A stretch of DNA of 64,000 nucleotides from an uncultured Verrucomicrobiae bacterium (GTDB lineage: Bacteria; Verrucomicrobiota; Verrucomicrobiia; Chthoniobacterales; UBA10450), in contig CAVWPA010000003.1 of the NCBI GenBank assembly GCA_963756875.1, positions 1,120,001 through 1,184,000 on the forward strand, written 5' to 3'. Both the position numbers and the translations under genes were made by a program. How positions within the stretch are numbered: the first letter of the stretch is position 1; each line of letters starts with the position of its first letter. Below the pieces are notes generated by a model. It searched no databases. It saw nothing but the letters and a program-made list of their open reading frames with translations, and was not told where the DNA came from. Positions 28,811 to 38,956 of this stretch are shown piece by piece.

Positions 28811-30615
28811 GCAAACTCGGACAGGTGGTTGAGTCGGTGGAGAAGTACAACAAGTTCGTGCTCGATCAGGTAAAACGCGCGCGCTCCGACCAGGAATTCG
28901 GGCGCGATCTGCTCGGGCGTTGGAACGGCATCAAAGCGAAAATCCCGACCACCCGGACGCCGACCGGAATTCCGTTGCCGCGTCTCGCGTTGCCGGAGAT
29001 CGATGACCCGGGAGAGATCGCGCGCTATTTGTTTAGCGAAGGACTTCCGGGCGAGTTTCCTTATTTGAACGGCGCGTATCGCGAAATGTATCTCGAGCCG
29101 ATTCGCGAAGTTGAAAGTCTGGAGAAGAACGGCCAGGCGAAAAATGGAAAGACCGCCAAGAAAGTGACGCCGACCGAGGAACCGACGCGATTGTTTTCCG
29201 GTTTGATGCTGGCAGAGGACACGAACGAACGGTTCCATTTTCTTACCGCGCATCAACGGACACACCGGCTGAGCACGGCGTTCGATGGGCCGACTCTTTA
29301 CGGTATCGACAGCGACGCGGACGGTGTTTTTGGAAAAATCGGCGAGGGGGGTGTGGCCATCGACACGGTCGAAGACATGGTCCGGCTCTATGACGGATTC
29401 GATCTCGGCTCGCCGAATTTCTCCGCGTCGATGACCATCAGCGGCCCGGCGCCGATCATCATGGCAATGTATATCGCGGCGGCCAAACGGCGGTTTGGTC
29501 CAAAAGTGGTTGCGAAACTGCGCGGCACGATTCAGGCCGACATTTTCAAGGAAGTGCAGGCGCAGAACGAAACGATTTTCCCAATCGAAGCATCACTGCG
29601 CTTTTTGACGGACATGGTCGAGTTCACCACGCGCGAAATGCAGCGCTGGTATCCGATTTCGATCAGCGGTTATCATATTGGCGAAGCCGGCTCGACACCG
29701 GTGCAGCAGGCTGCTTACACGCTCTCCAATGGTTTTGCCTATGCGGAGATGTTCGTCGCGCGAGGCATCCCGGTGGATCGATTCGGCCCTCGGCTTTCGT
29801 TCTTCCTCGATTGCGGACTGGATGTGGAATACATCGCGTTGGCTCGCGTTTCGCGCCGGATCTGGGCAATTGGAATGCGGGAGATATTCGGGGCGGGCCC
29901 GCGCGCTCAGCTTTACAAGTTGCACACGCAAACGAGCGGACGCTCGTTGATCGCCGCTGAGTTCAAGAACAATCTCACGCGCACCGCCGCGGAATTGATG
30001 CTCGCGTATATGAACGCAACGAATTCATGCCACTCCAACAGCGCGGACGAGCCGTTTACTACGCCAAGCGAAGAATGGATCCGGCTGGCCGCAAATGGCC
30101 AGGCAATCCTGCTGGAGGAATCCGGGATCTTCAAACACACAATGAACATGTTGAGCGGTTCGCCCGGAATGAAAGCCGTCGAGCGCGCCGTGGAAGCTGC
30201 GATTCTCGATGAATTCCGCGAGATCGAGCGGCTGGGCGGTGTTCTCGCGGCAGTGGAAGACCGTTATCAGCGCAGCCAGATTCAGAACGCCGCGCATCGT
30301 TACGAGCAACAGATCTACAACGGCATACGGCCGATTATCGGACTTAATCGGTATCGCAACGGCACCGACGACGTTCCGGAGGTGAAGCTGGCGCGCACGC
30401 CGCGAAAGAAGCAGCAGCTTCAAGTCGATCGGCTCGCCAAATTCAAAAGGAAAAACGCGGAGAAGGCGAAACGGGCGCTCGATAAGCTTGCGGAAGTGGT
30501 GGAACGCCGCGTCAATTGTTTTCCGGCGCTGCTCGACGCCGTTGAGGTTTGTTCGTTAGGCCAGATTACCAGCCGCTTGCAAGAAGTGGTGGGGCGGTTT
30601 CGGCCCATGGTGTAA
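28807..30615 (+). CDS. Acyl-CoA mutase catalytic domain (IcmF-like C-terminal part)
   Basis: PGEFPY, PTRLFSG, RLSTAFD, RGTIQADIFKE, SISGYHIGEAG, HTQTSGRSL, HSNSADE, SLGQIT. Confidence 0.9.
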   Translation: MSKLGQVVESVEKYNKFVLDQVKRARSDQEFGRDLLGRWNGIKAKIPTTRTPTGIPLPRLALPEIDDPGEIARYLFSEGLPGEFPYLNGAYREMYLEPIREVESLEKNGQAKNGKTAKKVTPTEEPTRLFSGLMLAEDTNERFHFLTAHQRTHRLSTAFDGPTLYGIDSDADGVFGKIGEGGVAIDTVEDMVRLYDGFDLGSPNFSASMTISGPAPIIMAMYIAAAKRRFGPKVVAKLRGTIQADIFKEVQAQNETIFPIEASLRFLTDMVEFTTREMQRWYPISISGYHIGEAGSTPVQQAAYTLSNGFAYAEMFVARGIPVDRFGPRLSFFLDCGLDVEYIALARVSRRIWAIGMREIFGAGPRAQLYKLHTQTSGRSLIAAEFKNNLTRTAAELMLAYMNATNSCHSNSADEPFTTPSEEWIRLAANGQAILLEESGIFKHTMNMLSGSPGMKAVERAVEAAILDEFREIERLGGVLAAVEDRYQRSQIQNAAHRYEQQIYNGIRPIIGLNRYRNGTDDVPEVKLARTPRKKQQLQVDRLAKFKRKNAEKAKRALDKLAEVVERRVNCFPALLDAVEVCSLGQITSRLQEVVGRFRPMV

Positions 30616-30636
30616 CGAGCGATCGCCCCACCGGCT

Positions 30637-31053
30637 TTATTTCTTCACTCGCTTCAAGCGGATGTTTTCCCCGTAAAAGGCGACGCATCGAGAATCGACC
30701 ACGCGGGTCATCTTAAGTGACACGATAACGTCCTGGCTGGACCGCACGATGGTCCCGGTGCCGGTGTTGCTGAAGCTGTCCTCGAACTTGAACTCGACCG
30801 TGCCTTTGCTGGTTACTTTCCCAGGTCCCTCGGCTTCTGGCCCTGCGCCATGGCCATCGTTGTAACCGGCGCTGAACCAGACCGACAGGGTGTTTCCGTT
30901 TTGTTCCAGGCTCATTTGAAACACAGCCTGGCCGTTCAGGAAATTCTTGTTTGCGTACTCGCCGGCAAAATTCGGCGCGTCGGCGCCAGACGCGCTCGAC
31001 GTAACCGCAATTAAAGCAGTCGCGACAATGAGAACAGATAAGATCGGTTTGAT
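30637..31053 (-). CDS. Hypothetical secreted protein; its signal peptide begins at an ATC codon
   Basis: Open frame extends 43 codons above the GTG at 30924 as IKPILSVLIVATALIAVTSSASG-ADAP. Confidence 0.6.
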   Translation of the reverse strand: MKPILSVLIVATALIAVTSSASGADAPNFAGEYANKNFLNGQAVFQMSLEQNGNTLSVWFSAGYNDGHGAGPEAEGPGKVTSKGTVEFKFEDSFSNTGTGTIVRSSQDVIVSLKMTRVVDSRCVAFYGENIRLKRVKK

Positions 31054-31226
31054 GCGGCCAGACTAAGGATTTGCGCGATGCGCGACAAGCGAACAAGAGC
31101 GCCCTGAGATGTCGTGGGGTGAAGTCTTCGCCCAAAATGCGCGGGTCGAGGGATTCGAATTGTGAGCGTTATGGAGGGCGGTATGATGGGCGGAACCATC
31201 AGGGTGCTGAGGCTTTGCCATTTATT

Positions 31227-32513
31227 ATGAATTCTTTGCAACCAGACGTCGGCGAAAGTGCCCGCGCGAGGATTGCATGGCGACTTCTTCCGTTTCTCTT
31301 CCTGCTTTACGTCGCGAATTATCTCGATCGCACCAACATCGCGTACGCGACGCTCGGGATGAAAGGGGACCTGGGTCTGAGCGATTCGGTCTTTGGAACG
31401 GCCAGCGGAATTTTCTTTATCGGCTATCTTGGGCTGCAGATTCCCGGCGCGCTTCTGGTGGAGCGCTGGAGCGCCAAGCGCTTACTGGCGCTAACGCTGA
31501 TTACCTGGGGCGGACTCACAACGCTGACAGGTTTCGTCCGTACTCCGATGCAGCTTTACGGCGCGCGTTTTTTGCTGGGTGCGGCCGAGGCGGGGTTCTT
31601 TCCCGGCGTCATTGTTTATCTTTCTCACTGGTTCGTCGTCCAGGATCGGGCAAAGGCCGTGGCGCGGTTTATGTCGGCCATACCGATTGCCTATATTGTT
31701 GGCGGACCTCTTGCCGGTGCGATTCTAGGCGTCCACTGGCTTGGCACTCCCGGGTGGCGCTGGCTGTTTCTGCTGGAAGGGGTGCCCGCCGTTGTTTTGG
31801 GAACGGCGACGCTGTTCGTGCTGCCCGATCGGCCTAACGAGGTGCGATGGTTGCGCACACCCGAACGCGATTGGCTGACTGCCCGCCTTGCCGGGGAGCG
31901 GCAGACCAAAGCGCACGTCGAACACGTCACGGTTTGGCAGGCGCTTCGCCATCCCGCAGTTCTGTTGCTTACCGCCGGGCTGTTCTTTTGTTACACGGGC
32001 GGCTACGCCTTTTGGTTTTGGTTCCCGACGATGCTTCAGCGGCTCACCGGATGGACGGATGTTCAGTTCATCGGCTGGATGGGCGCGATTCCATTTGTCG
32101 CGGGGCTGATGGGAATGCTGCTCCTGGGCTGGAGCTCCGATCGAATGGGCGAGCGCCGCTGGCATTTTGCCATTCCGCAATTGACCGCGGCGCTGGGGCT
32201 GATTGCATGGTTTATTTTCCCGCATTCGAACGTGTTGCTCATCGTGGTGTTCTCGCTCATCGGATTTGGCACCACCGCCTATCTGCCCTCGTTCTGGGCG
32301 TTGCCCAGCTCACTTCTTTCAGCGTCGGCCGCGGCCGCGGCAATCGGCTTTATCAATTGCACAGCCAGCATCGGAGGATTCGTCGGTCCAAAGATCATCG
32401 GCGACCTGAGCCAGCGCAGCGGCTCCTTTCACGGCGGATTTATTTTTATGGCTGCGTGCTGGGTAATCGCGTCATTGCTGGTGCTGCTCTGCCCACGGGA
32501 GCGAGCGGCATAG
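31227..32513 (+). CDS. MFS transporter, anion:cation symporter (TtuB-like organic acid) type
   Basis: WRLLP...NYLDRTNI, RFLLGAAEAGFFPG, GWRWLFLLEG. Confidence 0.92.
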   Translation: MNSLQPDVGESARARIAWRLLPFLFLLYVANYLDRTNIAYATLGMKGDLGLSDSVFGTASGIFFIGYLGLQIPGALLVERWSAKRLLALTLITWGGLTTLTGFVRTPMQLYGARFLLGAAEAGFFPGVIVYLSHWFVVQDRAKAVARFMSAIPIAYIVGGPLAGAILGVHWLGTPGWRWLFLLEGVPAVVLGTATLFVLPDRPNEVRWLRTPERDWLTARLAGERQTKAHVEHVTVWQALRHPAVLLLTAGLFFCYTGGYAFWFWFPTMLQRLTGWTDVQFIGWMGAIPFVAGLMGMLLLGWSSDRMGERRWHFAIPQLTAALGLIAWFIFPHSNVLLIVVFSLIGFGTTAYLPSFWALPSSLLSASAAAAAIGFINCTASIGGFVGPKIIGDLSQRSGSFHGGFIFMAACWVIASLLVLLCPRERAA

Positions 32514-32638
32514 GGCTAGGTCCTGCGACGAACAATCTCCCGGCGCGATGGACGTATCCACTTATACAATCAGTATGATCTGATTCCGTGCGCGTGATTC
32601 GACATCGCGAACAAACGCTCCGATTCGCTCAGACGGTC

Positions 32639-33490
32639 TCATATCTCCTGTTCGTCATGTGAACTGGGTATGTGCCCCGGTTTTTCCTTGCCCAATTCCA
32701 ATGAGCGTTGATACGCGGCCCATACCGCGCGGGAAATGGCGGTGCGGAAACCGGCTTTCTCAAGATAATACAACGCCTCGGCCGATGTGCCGCCCGGTGA
32801 AGTCACTTGATTACGCAGCGTGGCGGCATGTCGGTTGGCTTGCTCGTAAAACGCGGCCGAACCTTTTATGGTTTTCAACACCAACTGTTCGGCGATGCGA
32901 CGCGGGAAACCCATGTGCACGCCAGCGTCGATCAGCGCCTCAGTGAACAGAAAAACGTACGTAGGCCCGGTGCCGGAAAGTGCGGTCGCCATATCGAGAT
33001 AGCTTTCGTCTTCCACAAGAACTTCATCGCCGAGCGCGCCGAGGACGGCGCGCGCCATTTCACGATGCTTTTCGGTGGCTTCCTTCGACGCAGTCCAGAC
33101 CGTGATTCCTTCGCCGATCTGTCCCGGCGTATTCGGCATCGAACGCACGATGGCCTTGTGTTTCAAACCCTCGCCGATCTTTTTCAGGGACGCGCCCGCC
33201 ACAATCGAAAGCACCAGCGCGTCTGCACGCACGCCTTTGAAGCCTTTCATCACTTGGCTTAGTCTCTGCGGCTTGACCGAGAGCACGACCACATCCGCGT
33301 CTGAAGCAGCGGAAGCGTTGTCAGTCGTCACATGAATCTTATACTTTTTGTGCAGTTCTTCGCCGCGTTCGACGCGCGGCCCGGAGGCTGTCAGATTCTC
33401 CGGCCTGGCCAGGTTCCTACGAAGCAATCCCGTGATCATGGCTTCGGCCATCACGCCGGGCCCGATGAAAGCAATTTTTTTGTTCAGCAT
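32639..33490 (-). CDS. proC: Pyrroline-5-carboxylate reductase
   Basis: FIGPGVMAEA, SVKPQ, RSMPNTP, ALSGTGP, VTSPGGT; GGAGGA RBS. Confidence 0.95.
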   Translation of the reverse strand: MLNKKIAFIGPGVMAEAMITGLLRRNLARPENLTASGPRVERGEELHKKYKIHVTTDNASAASDADVVVLSVKPQRLSQVMKGFKGVRADALVLSIVAGASLKKIGEGLKHKAIVRSMPNTPGQIGEGITVWTASKEATEKHREMARAVLGALGDEVLVEDESYLDMATALSGTGPTYVFLFTEALIDAGVHMGFPRRIAEQLVLKTIKGSAAFYEQANRHAATLRNQVTSPGGTSAEALYYLEKAGFRTAISRAVWAAYQRSLELGKEKPGHIPSSHDEQEI

Positions 33491-33636
33491 GTTCTCCTCC
33501 AAAACTCTTTGGGATAATGTCCGAAAATTTCACCACAAAGCCGTCAAGACACAAAGCCCCAAGGTTTTTTCTTTTTGAGCCACGGAGACTTCGTATGTTT
33601 GCGTCACTTAAGTTGGACTGTGAGCCAGGAACTCCC

Positions 33637-33783
33637 GCACAGCCAACATTGGCGGTTTCATCGGTTCTGAGATCATTGGCGACCTGAGCCAGCGCAGCGG
33701 CTCCTTCCGCAGCGGTTTTGTCTTCATGATGGCCTGCTTCGTGATCACGTCGGTACCTGGTGCTGCTCTGCCCGCGGGAGCGG
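33637..33783 (+). pseudogene. Degenerate second copy of the 3' end of the MFS gene
   Basis: Aligns by eye with 32359-32503 (shared GGCGACCTGAGCCAGCGCAGCGGCTCCTT and CTGGTGCTGCTCTGCCC). Confidence 0.85.
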
Positions 33784-33799
33784 GGCCCGACTTAATTAT

Positions 33800-35161
33800 T
33801 CAGCGCTTAAGCGCAACCTCGAACGGTGCGCCCGTCTTGGCGCGGATGTCGTCCACCGTGAGCTTGGTGCCGGGGTGCAGCTCGGTTAAGACAAGACCGC
33901 CACCCGTTTTCACCTCGAACACGCAGAGGTCGGTAATGATGAGGTTCACGACCCCCAGGCCGGTGATGGGCAGCGTGCATTTTTTTAGAATCTTCGGGCT
34001 GCCATCCTTCGCGCAGTGCTCAAGCACTGCAACCACACGCTTCACCCCAGCGACAAGATCCATCGCGCCGCCAGGTCCTTTGACCATCTTGCCGGGAATC
34101 ATCCAGTTCGCGATATCGCCCTTATCCGTCACCTCGAACGCGCCAAGAATTGCAAGATCGATGTGTCCTCCGCGAATCATTGTGAACGAATCGGCGCTCG
34201 AGAAAAAGGCCGAGCCCGGCATTGTGGTGATGGTTTGCTTGCCGGCGTTGATCAAGTCGGCGTCCACCTGGTCCTCGGTGGGAAAGGGGCCGATACCGAG
34301 CAGCCCGTTCTCGGATTGGAGGGTAACGTTCATTCCTTCGGGAATGTAATTGGCGACCAACGTCGGGATGCCGATTCCGAGGTTGACGTAGTATCCATCG
34401 CGCAGCTCCTTCGCCGCGCGTTTCGCCATCAACTCACGGACCGGATTTTCTTTCTTGGCCGCGCTGCCGCCTTGCACGGTGCGAAACTCGATCCGCTTCT
34501 CGTATTTTTCTCCCTGGATGATGCGGTCGACGAAGATACCCGGCGTGTGGATCGAATCGGGATCGAGTTCGCCGTTCTCGACAAGTTGTTCGACCTCGGC
34601 GACACAGACTTTGCCGCAAGAGGCGATCATCGGGTTGAAGTTCCGTGAGGTTTTTCGAAAAATGAGATTGCCGGATTTGTCGCCCCTCCACGCTTTCACG
34701 AGCGAAACCTCGGCCTTGATGCCGGGTTCGAGGACGTATTCCGTGCCGTCGAAAACTTTCGTCTCCTTACCCTCGGTCAGTTTGGTGCCGAACCCGGTGC
34801 GAGTGTAGAACCCGGGAATTCCCGCGCCGCCTGCGCGCAACCGCTCGGCGAGTGTGCCCTGCGGGATGAGCTCAAGTTCAAGTTCGCCACCTAGCACCTG
34901 GCGCTCGAACTCCTTGTTCTCGCCTACGTAGGAAGCCATGACCTTCTTCACCTGGCGTGTGGTGAGCAAAAGCCCCATCCCAAAGTTGTCCACGCCGGCG
35001 TTGTTGCCGACGATGGTGAGGCCCTTCACGCCGCTGTCGCGCAGTGCCGCGATGAGATTCTCCGGGATGCCGCACAGGCCGAACCCGCCCGCAGCGATGG
35101 TCATATTGTCGTGAAGCAGGCCGTCAAGCGCAGCCTTGGCGTTAGGAAAGACTTTACTCAT
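33800..35161 (-). CDS. Succinyl-CoA:3-oxoacid CoA-transferase, A and B subunits fused
   Basis: [45 protein letters not shown]. Confidence 0.93.
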   Translation of the reverse strand: MSKVFPNAKAALDGLLHDNMTIAAGGFGLCGIPENLIAALRDSGVKGLTIVGNNAGVDNFGMGLLLTTRQVKKVMASYVGENKEFERQVLGGELELELIPQGTLAERLRAGGAGIPGFYTRTGFGTKLTEGKETKVFDGTEYVLEPGIKAEVSLVKAWRGDKSGNLIFRKTSRNFNPMIASCGKVCVAEVEQLVENGELDPDSIHTPGIFVDRIIQGEKYEKRIEFRTVQGGSAAKKENPVRELMAKRAAKELRDGYYVNLGIGIPTLVANYIPEGMNVTLQSENGLLGIGPFPTEDQVDADLINAGKQTITTMPGSAFFSSADSFTMIRGGHIDLAILGAFEVTDKGDIANWMIPGKMVKGPGGAMDLVAGVKRVVAVLEHCAKDGSPKILKKCTLPITGLGVVNLIITDLCVFEVKTGGGLVLTELHPGTKLTVDDIRAKTGAPFEVALKR

Positions 35162-35273
35162 GTGCAGAAAATTTAACCACGATTGCGCAGTAAACAGGAA
35201 CAAATTCGCTGGCGAATTGAAATTCAGTCACGGAGGAAGTTTGCGGCGCTCGTCGGCTTTGAGCAAGCGGATT

Positions 35274-35425
35274 GGGGAGCGCACGCGCCTCGCGTGCTGT
35301 TTCCGGCGCCCTCGCCGGAAACTTCTGGCCTAAACGACTCGTGCCAAGCGCTCGTTTGGCATTTCGGCGAGGGCGCCAAAAGTCCGAGCCGGACTGGCGT
35401 TGCACGCGAGGCGCGTGCGTTCCCC
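35274..35425. repeat. MITE/REP-like element family A, copy 3
   Basis: GGGGAGCGCACGCGCCTCGCGTGC...GCACGCGAGGCGCGTGCGTTCCCC. Confidence 0.8.
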
Positions 35426-35475
35426 GGAGTTGCTCGCGCGGAAATCATCGGCACATTGCTGCGACGCTTTTCCAA

Positions 35476-36873
35476 ATGCCTACGACCCTTGCACATCAAC
35501 TTGCCGATTACGCTTGTTCGCTTCAGTTCGCCGATTTGTCGCGGCAAGTTGTTCACGAAGTAAAACGGCGCGTAATCGACTCGTTAGGCTGCGCTCTCGG
35601 TGCATGGCGCGAAGAGCCTTGCGCGATTGCGCGCAAGGTCGCTTCGGAATTTTCCGCGAAAGCAGGCTCGACGATCATCGGGACGACGCACAAAGCGCCG
35701 CCGGACTGGGCGGCATTCGCGACCGGGTGCTGCATCCGCTATTTCGATTACAACGACACCTACTTGTCGAAGGAGCCGGCGCACCCGAGCGACAATATCG
35801 CCGCGGCGCTCGCTGTCGCGGAGAGCGTCGGCGCGAACGGCCGCGAGCTGATCACTGCGATTGCTCTTGCGTACGAAGTGCAATGCCGGTTTTGCGATGC
35901 GGCCAGCATCCGCGCCCGTGGCTGGGATCATCCGACTTACGGCGCGTTCTCGACGGCGCTCGCGGCGACAAGGTTGATGAAGCTCGATCCGGACAAAACG
36001 CGGCACGCGGTGAACATCGCGGGCGTGAACTGCGCTGCCTTCCGGCAGGCGCGGGTCGGTGAGTTGTCGCACTGGAAAGGCGTCGCCTTCGCCAACGCAG
36101 CGCGTCACGGTGTCTATTCCGCCCTGCTGGCGCGCGCTGGCATGACCGGGCCGGCGCCAATTTTCGAAGGTCAAATGGGCTTTGAGAAGGAGCTCGGCGT
36201 GTCGTTAGGCAATGTCGGTGAGATTTTTGTGAAACGACCTGACGAGAAAAATGTAAAAGAAGGCACTGCGGCCATGATTCTCAATACCAGCGTTAAATAT
36301 TGGCCGGCGGAATATCACAGCCAAAGTGCCATCGAAGCGGCCTTGTTTCTGCGGAAGGAGATTGGTGACGTTTCGAAGATCAAGTCGGTAGTGATCGAGA
36401 GTCACGACGCGTCGGTTGATATTATTGGAAGCGAACCGGAGAAATGGAAACCGGAGACCCGCGAAACCGCCGACCACAGCCTGCCTTACATCACCGCTAT
36501 TGCGTTGATTGACGGCGAAGTGACGGACCGGCAGTTCCAGCCGGAACGCTTCAGGGATCCGAAAATTTGGAAATTTTTGGAGAACGTGAAAGTCGAGCGG
36601 AACGCCGAGTTGAGCTCGCTCTATGCCAAGGCGGTGGCGAACATTGTGCACGTCACTTTGGAAAACGGCCGCACGCTGACCAAGCGCGTCGACTATCCGC
36701 TGGGCAATGCTTTCAATCCGGTGAGTGACAAGCAGCTCGAAGGAAAGTTCAATGCCTTGGTCGAACCCGCCCTGGGCAGCGACCGCGCGAAACAGATTGT
36801 CGATCTCAGCTGGAGACTGGACGAGGCAGCGAAGGTGGATGATTTGATGCGCGCGTGTGTGGTGAGCGAGTAG
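35476..36873 (+). CDS. prpD: 2-methylcitrate dehydratase (MmgE/PrpD)
   Basis: RYFDYNDTYL...HPSDN, GWDH, LSHWKG, KYWPAEYHSQ, TADHSLPY. Confidence 0.92.
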   Translation: MPTTLAHQLADYACSLQFADLSRQVVHEVKRRVIDSLGCALGAWREEPCAIARKVASEFSAKAGSTIIGTTHKAPPDWAAFATGCCIRYFDYNDTYLSKEPAHPSDNIAAALAVAESVGANGRELITAIALAYEVQCRFCDAASIRARGWDHPTYGAFSTALAATRLMKLDPDKTRHAVNIAGVNCAAFRQARVGELSHWKGVAFANAARHGVYSALLARAGMTGPAPIFEGQMGFEKELGVSLGNVGEIFVKRPDEKNVKEGTAAMILNTSVKYWPAEYHSQSAIEAALFLRKEIGDVSKIKSVVIESHDASVDIIGSEPEKWKPETRETADHSLPYITAIALIDGEVTDRQFQPERFRDPKIWKFLENVKVERNAELSSLYAKAVANIVHVTLENGRTLTKRVDYPLGNAFNPVSDKQLEGKFNALVEPALGSDRAKQIVDLSWRLDEAAKVDDLMRACVVSE

Positions 36874-36886
36874 ATTGATCACGAGC

Positions 36887-37753
36887 ATGATCACGAGCAA
36901 GAGCAAGAGGATGCGCGAATTGATCGCGCAAGGTGCGGTGGCCATGCCGGGCGTGCCGAATGCGGCGATGGGGCGACAAGTGGAGCGCGCGGGATTTGAG
37001 GCGGTCTATATAAGTGGCGCGGGTCTGGCGAACGCAACAGCCGGCGTGCCAGATATCGGTTTGCTAACGCTCACCGAAGTGGCGCGCCTGGCAGGTTATA
37101 TTGCCAACGCGGTTAAAATACCGGCGATTGTCGATGCGGACACCGGCTTTGGCGGCGCGGAAAATGTGGCGCGGACGATCCACGAGCTGGAAAGCGCGGG
37201 CCTGGCCGGTTGCCACATCGAGGATCAGGAATTTCCAAAACGGTGCGGACACCTGGCCGGCAAATCGATTGTCGACCAGGACCAGATGGTGGAGAAGATC
37301 AAAGCGGCAGCGGCGGCGCGCCGGGACGCTGGTTTTCTCATTGTGGCGCGAACGGACGCGCGGGCGGTCGAAGATTTTAAACGGGCGGTGAAGCGGGCGC
37401 AGGCGTATCTGGAGGCCGGCGCAGACGCCATTTTTCCAGAGGCGTTGCAAACCGCCGAGGAATTTCGGGATTTTGCCGGTGAAGTGAAAGCGCCGTTGCT
37501 TGCGAACATGACCGAGTTTGGCAAAAGTCCGTTGCTCTCCTTTCAGGACCTCTCCGATTTCGGTTATCGAATGATAATTTTTCCGCAGAGCGCGTTTCGC
37601 GTTGCGATGAAGGCGAGTGATCAATTTTTTCACGCGCTCAAGAAGGCCGGGACGCAAGCGGACTGGATCGACAAAATGCAAACGCGCCAGGAACTTTACG
37701 AGCTGCTCGACTACGATCCTGCGGCAAACAGTTGGGGTACAAAAAAGCGTTGA
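36887..37753 (+). CDS. prpB: 2-methylisocitrate lyase
   Basis: DADTGFG, IEDQ...KRCGH, ARTDA, LANMTEFGKS. Confidence 0.92.
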   Translation: MITSKSKRMRELIAQGAVAMPGVPNAAMGRQVERAGFEAVYISGAGLANATAGVPDIGLLTLTEVARLAGYIANAVKIPAIVDADTGFGGAENVARTIHELESAGLAGCHIEDQEFPKRCGHLAGKSIVDQDQMVEKIKAAAAARRDAGFLIVARTDARAVEDFKRAVKRAQAYLEAGADAIFPEALQTAEEFRDFAGEVKAPLLANMTEFGKSPLLSFQDLSDFGYRMIIFPQSAFRVAMKASDQFFHALKKAGTQADWIDKMQTRQELYELLDYDPAANSWGTKKR

Positions 37754-37804
37754 AGCGCGTCGCGCAGTTGAACGTTTGGCAATCGCAGGTAAAGAAACAT
37801 ATCG

Positions 37805-38956
37805 ATGAGCACTGAAACCGCACCAGCCTACAGTCCGGGTCTGGCCGGCGTCATTGCCGGCGAAACGGCGATCTGCTGGGTCGATCCGAATGCCGGCCTG
37901 ATGTATCGCGGCTACGACATTCACGAAATGGCGCAACGGGCCAGCTACGAGGAAGTCGCTTATTTGCTGCTTCATGACGATTTGCCGAACGTCAAGCAAC
38001 TGACCGAATTCACCCGGAAAATCGCGTCCGAGCGTGAGTTACCGGCACAGGTGATCGAGGCGTTGCGGCTGATGCCGCGCGATGCGCACCCCATGGATAT
38101 GCTACGCACCGGCGTTTCAATGCTGAGCATGTACGACAAGGAGGTAAGCGATAACTCACACGACGCCAATGTTCGCAAATCGATTCGTTTGATTGCGCGG
38201 GTCTCGACATTGATTACGGATGGCTGGCGAATTTCGCACGGTGAAGAGCCCGTGCCGGAAAGGCCCGATCTGACGCATGCCGGCAATTTTTTCTTTAAGT
38301 TAAACGGAGAAGTTCCGCAGGACTGGAAAATCCGGATGTTGGACACGATTTTCATTTTGTATGCGGACCATGAATTCAATGCCTCGACGTTTGCAGCGCG
38401 TGTGACTGCTTCCACGCTGGCGGGTATCTACGCTGCGGTTACTTCCGCCTGCGGAACGCTAAAGGGTCCGTTGCACGGTGGCGCGAACGAAGAATCGATG
38501 AAGATGCTCGAGGAAATCGGGACTCCCGATCGCGCGGAAGCGTGGCTGACAAAAAAACTCGCCGCCAAGGAAAAGGTCATGGGTTTCGGTCATCGCGTTT
38601 ACAAAAAAGGCGATTCCCGCGTGCCGATGATGCGCGAGATCGGGCGCGACCTTGCCAAGCGAGTCGGTAAGGAGGACTGGATAGAGATTTGCGAAAAACT
38701 GGAGGCGGCGATGGAACGGGAGAAACATCTCTGCGCAAATGTCGATCTTTATGCGGCGCCGGTCTTTTTGATGCTCGGCTTCGCGCCTGAGCTGAATACA
38801 CCCCTCTTTGGCGCGTCGCGGGTGGCGGGTTGGTGCGCGCACGTGGTCGAACAGCACGATCACAATCGCTTGATCCGGCCGCGCTCCCTCTACACCGGTC
38901 ACGCCGCGCGTCCGTATCACGACGTCTCTTCCGATGGAGCAGCACGCGAAAAGTAA
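37805..38956 (+). CDS. prpC: 2-methylcitrate/citrate synthase
   Basis: YRGYDI, YADHEFNAST, GPLHGGANE, MGFGHRVYK, NVD; lies in the prpDB context. Confidence 0.88.
   Translation: MSTETAPAYSPGLAGVIAGETAICWVDPNAGLMYRGYDIHEMAQRASYEEVAYLLLHDDLPNVKQLTEFTRKIASERELPAQVIEALRLMPRDAHPMDMLRTGVSMLSMYDKEVSDNSHDANVRKSIRLIARVSTLITDGWRISHGEEPVPERPDLTHAGNFFFKLNGEVPQDWKIRMLDTIFILYADHEFNASTFAARVTASTLAGIYAAVTSACGTLKGPLHGGANEESMKMLEEIGTPDRAEAWLTKKLAAKEKVMGFGHRVYKKGDSRVPMMREIGRDLAKRVGKEDWIEICEKLEAAMEREKHLCANVDLYAAPVFLMLGFAPELNTPLFGASRVAGWCAHVVEQHDHNRLIRPRSLYTGHAARPYHDVSSDGAAREK

Noticed and set aside
33726..34349. Plus-strand 207-aa ORF beginning in the MFS remnant
   Set aside because: It is antisense to the CoA-transferase; only its first few codons derive from the degenerate MFS fragment.
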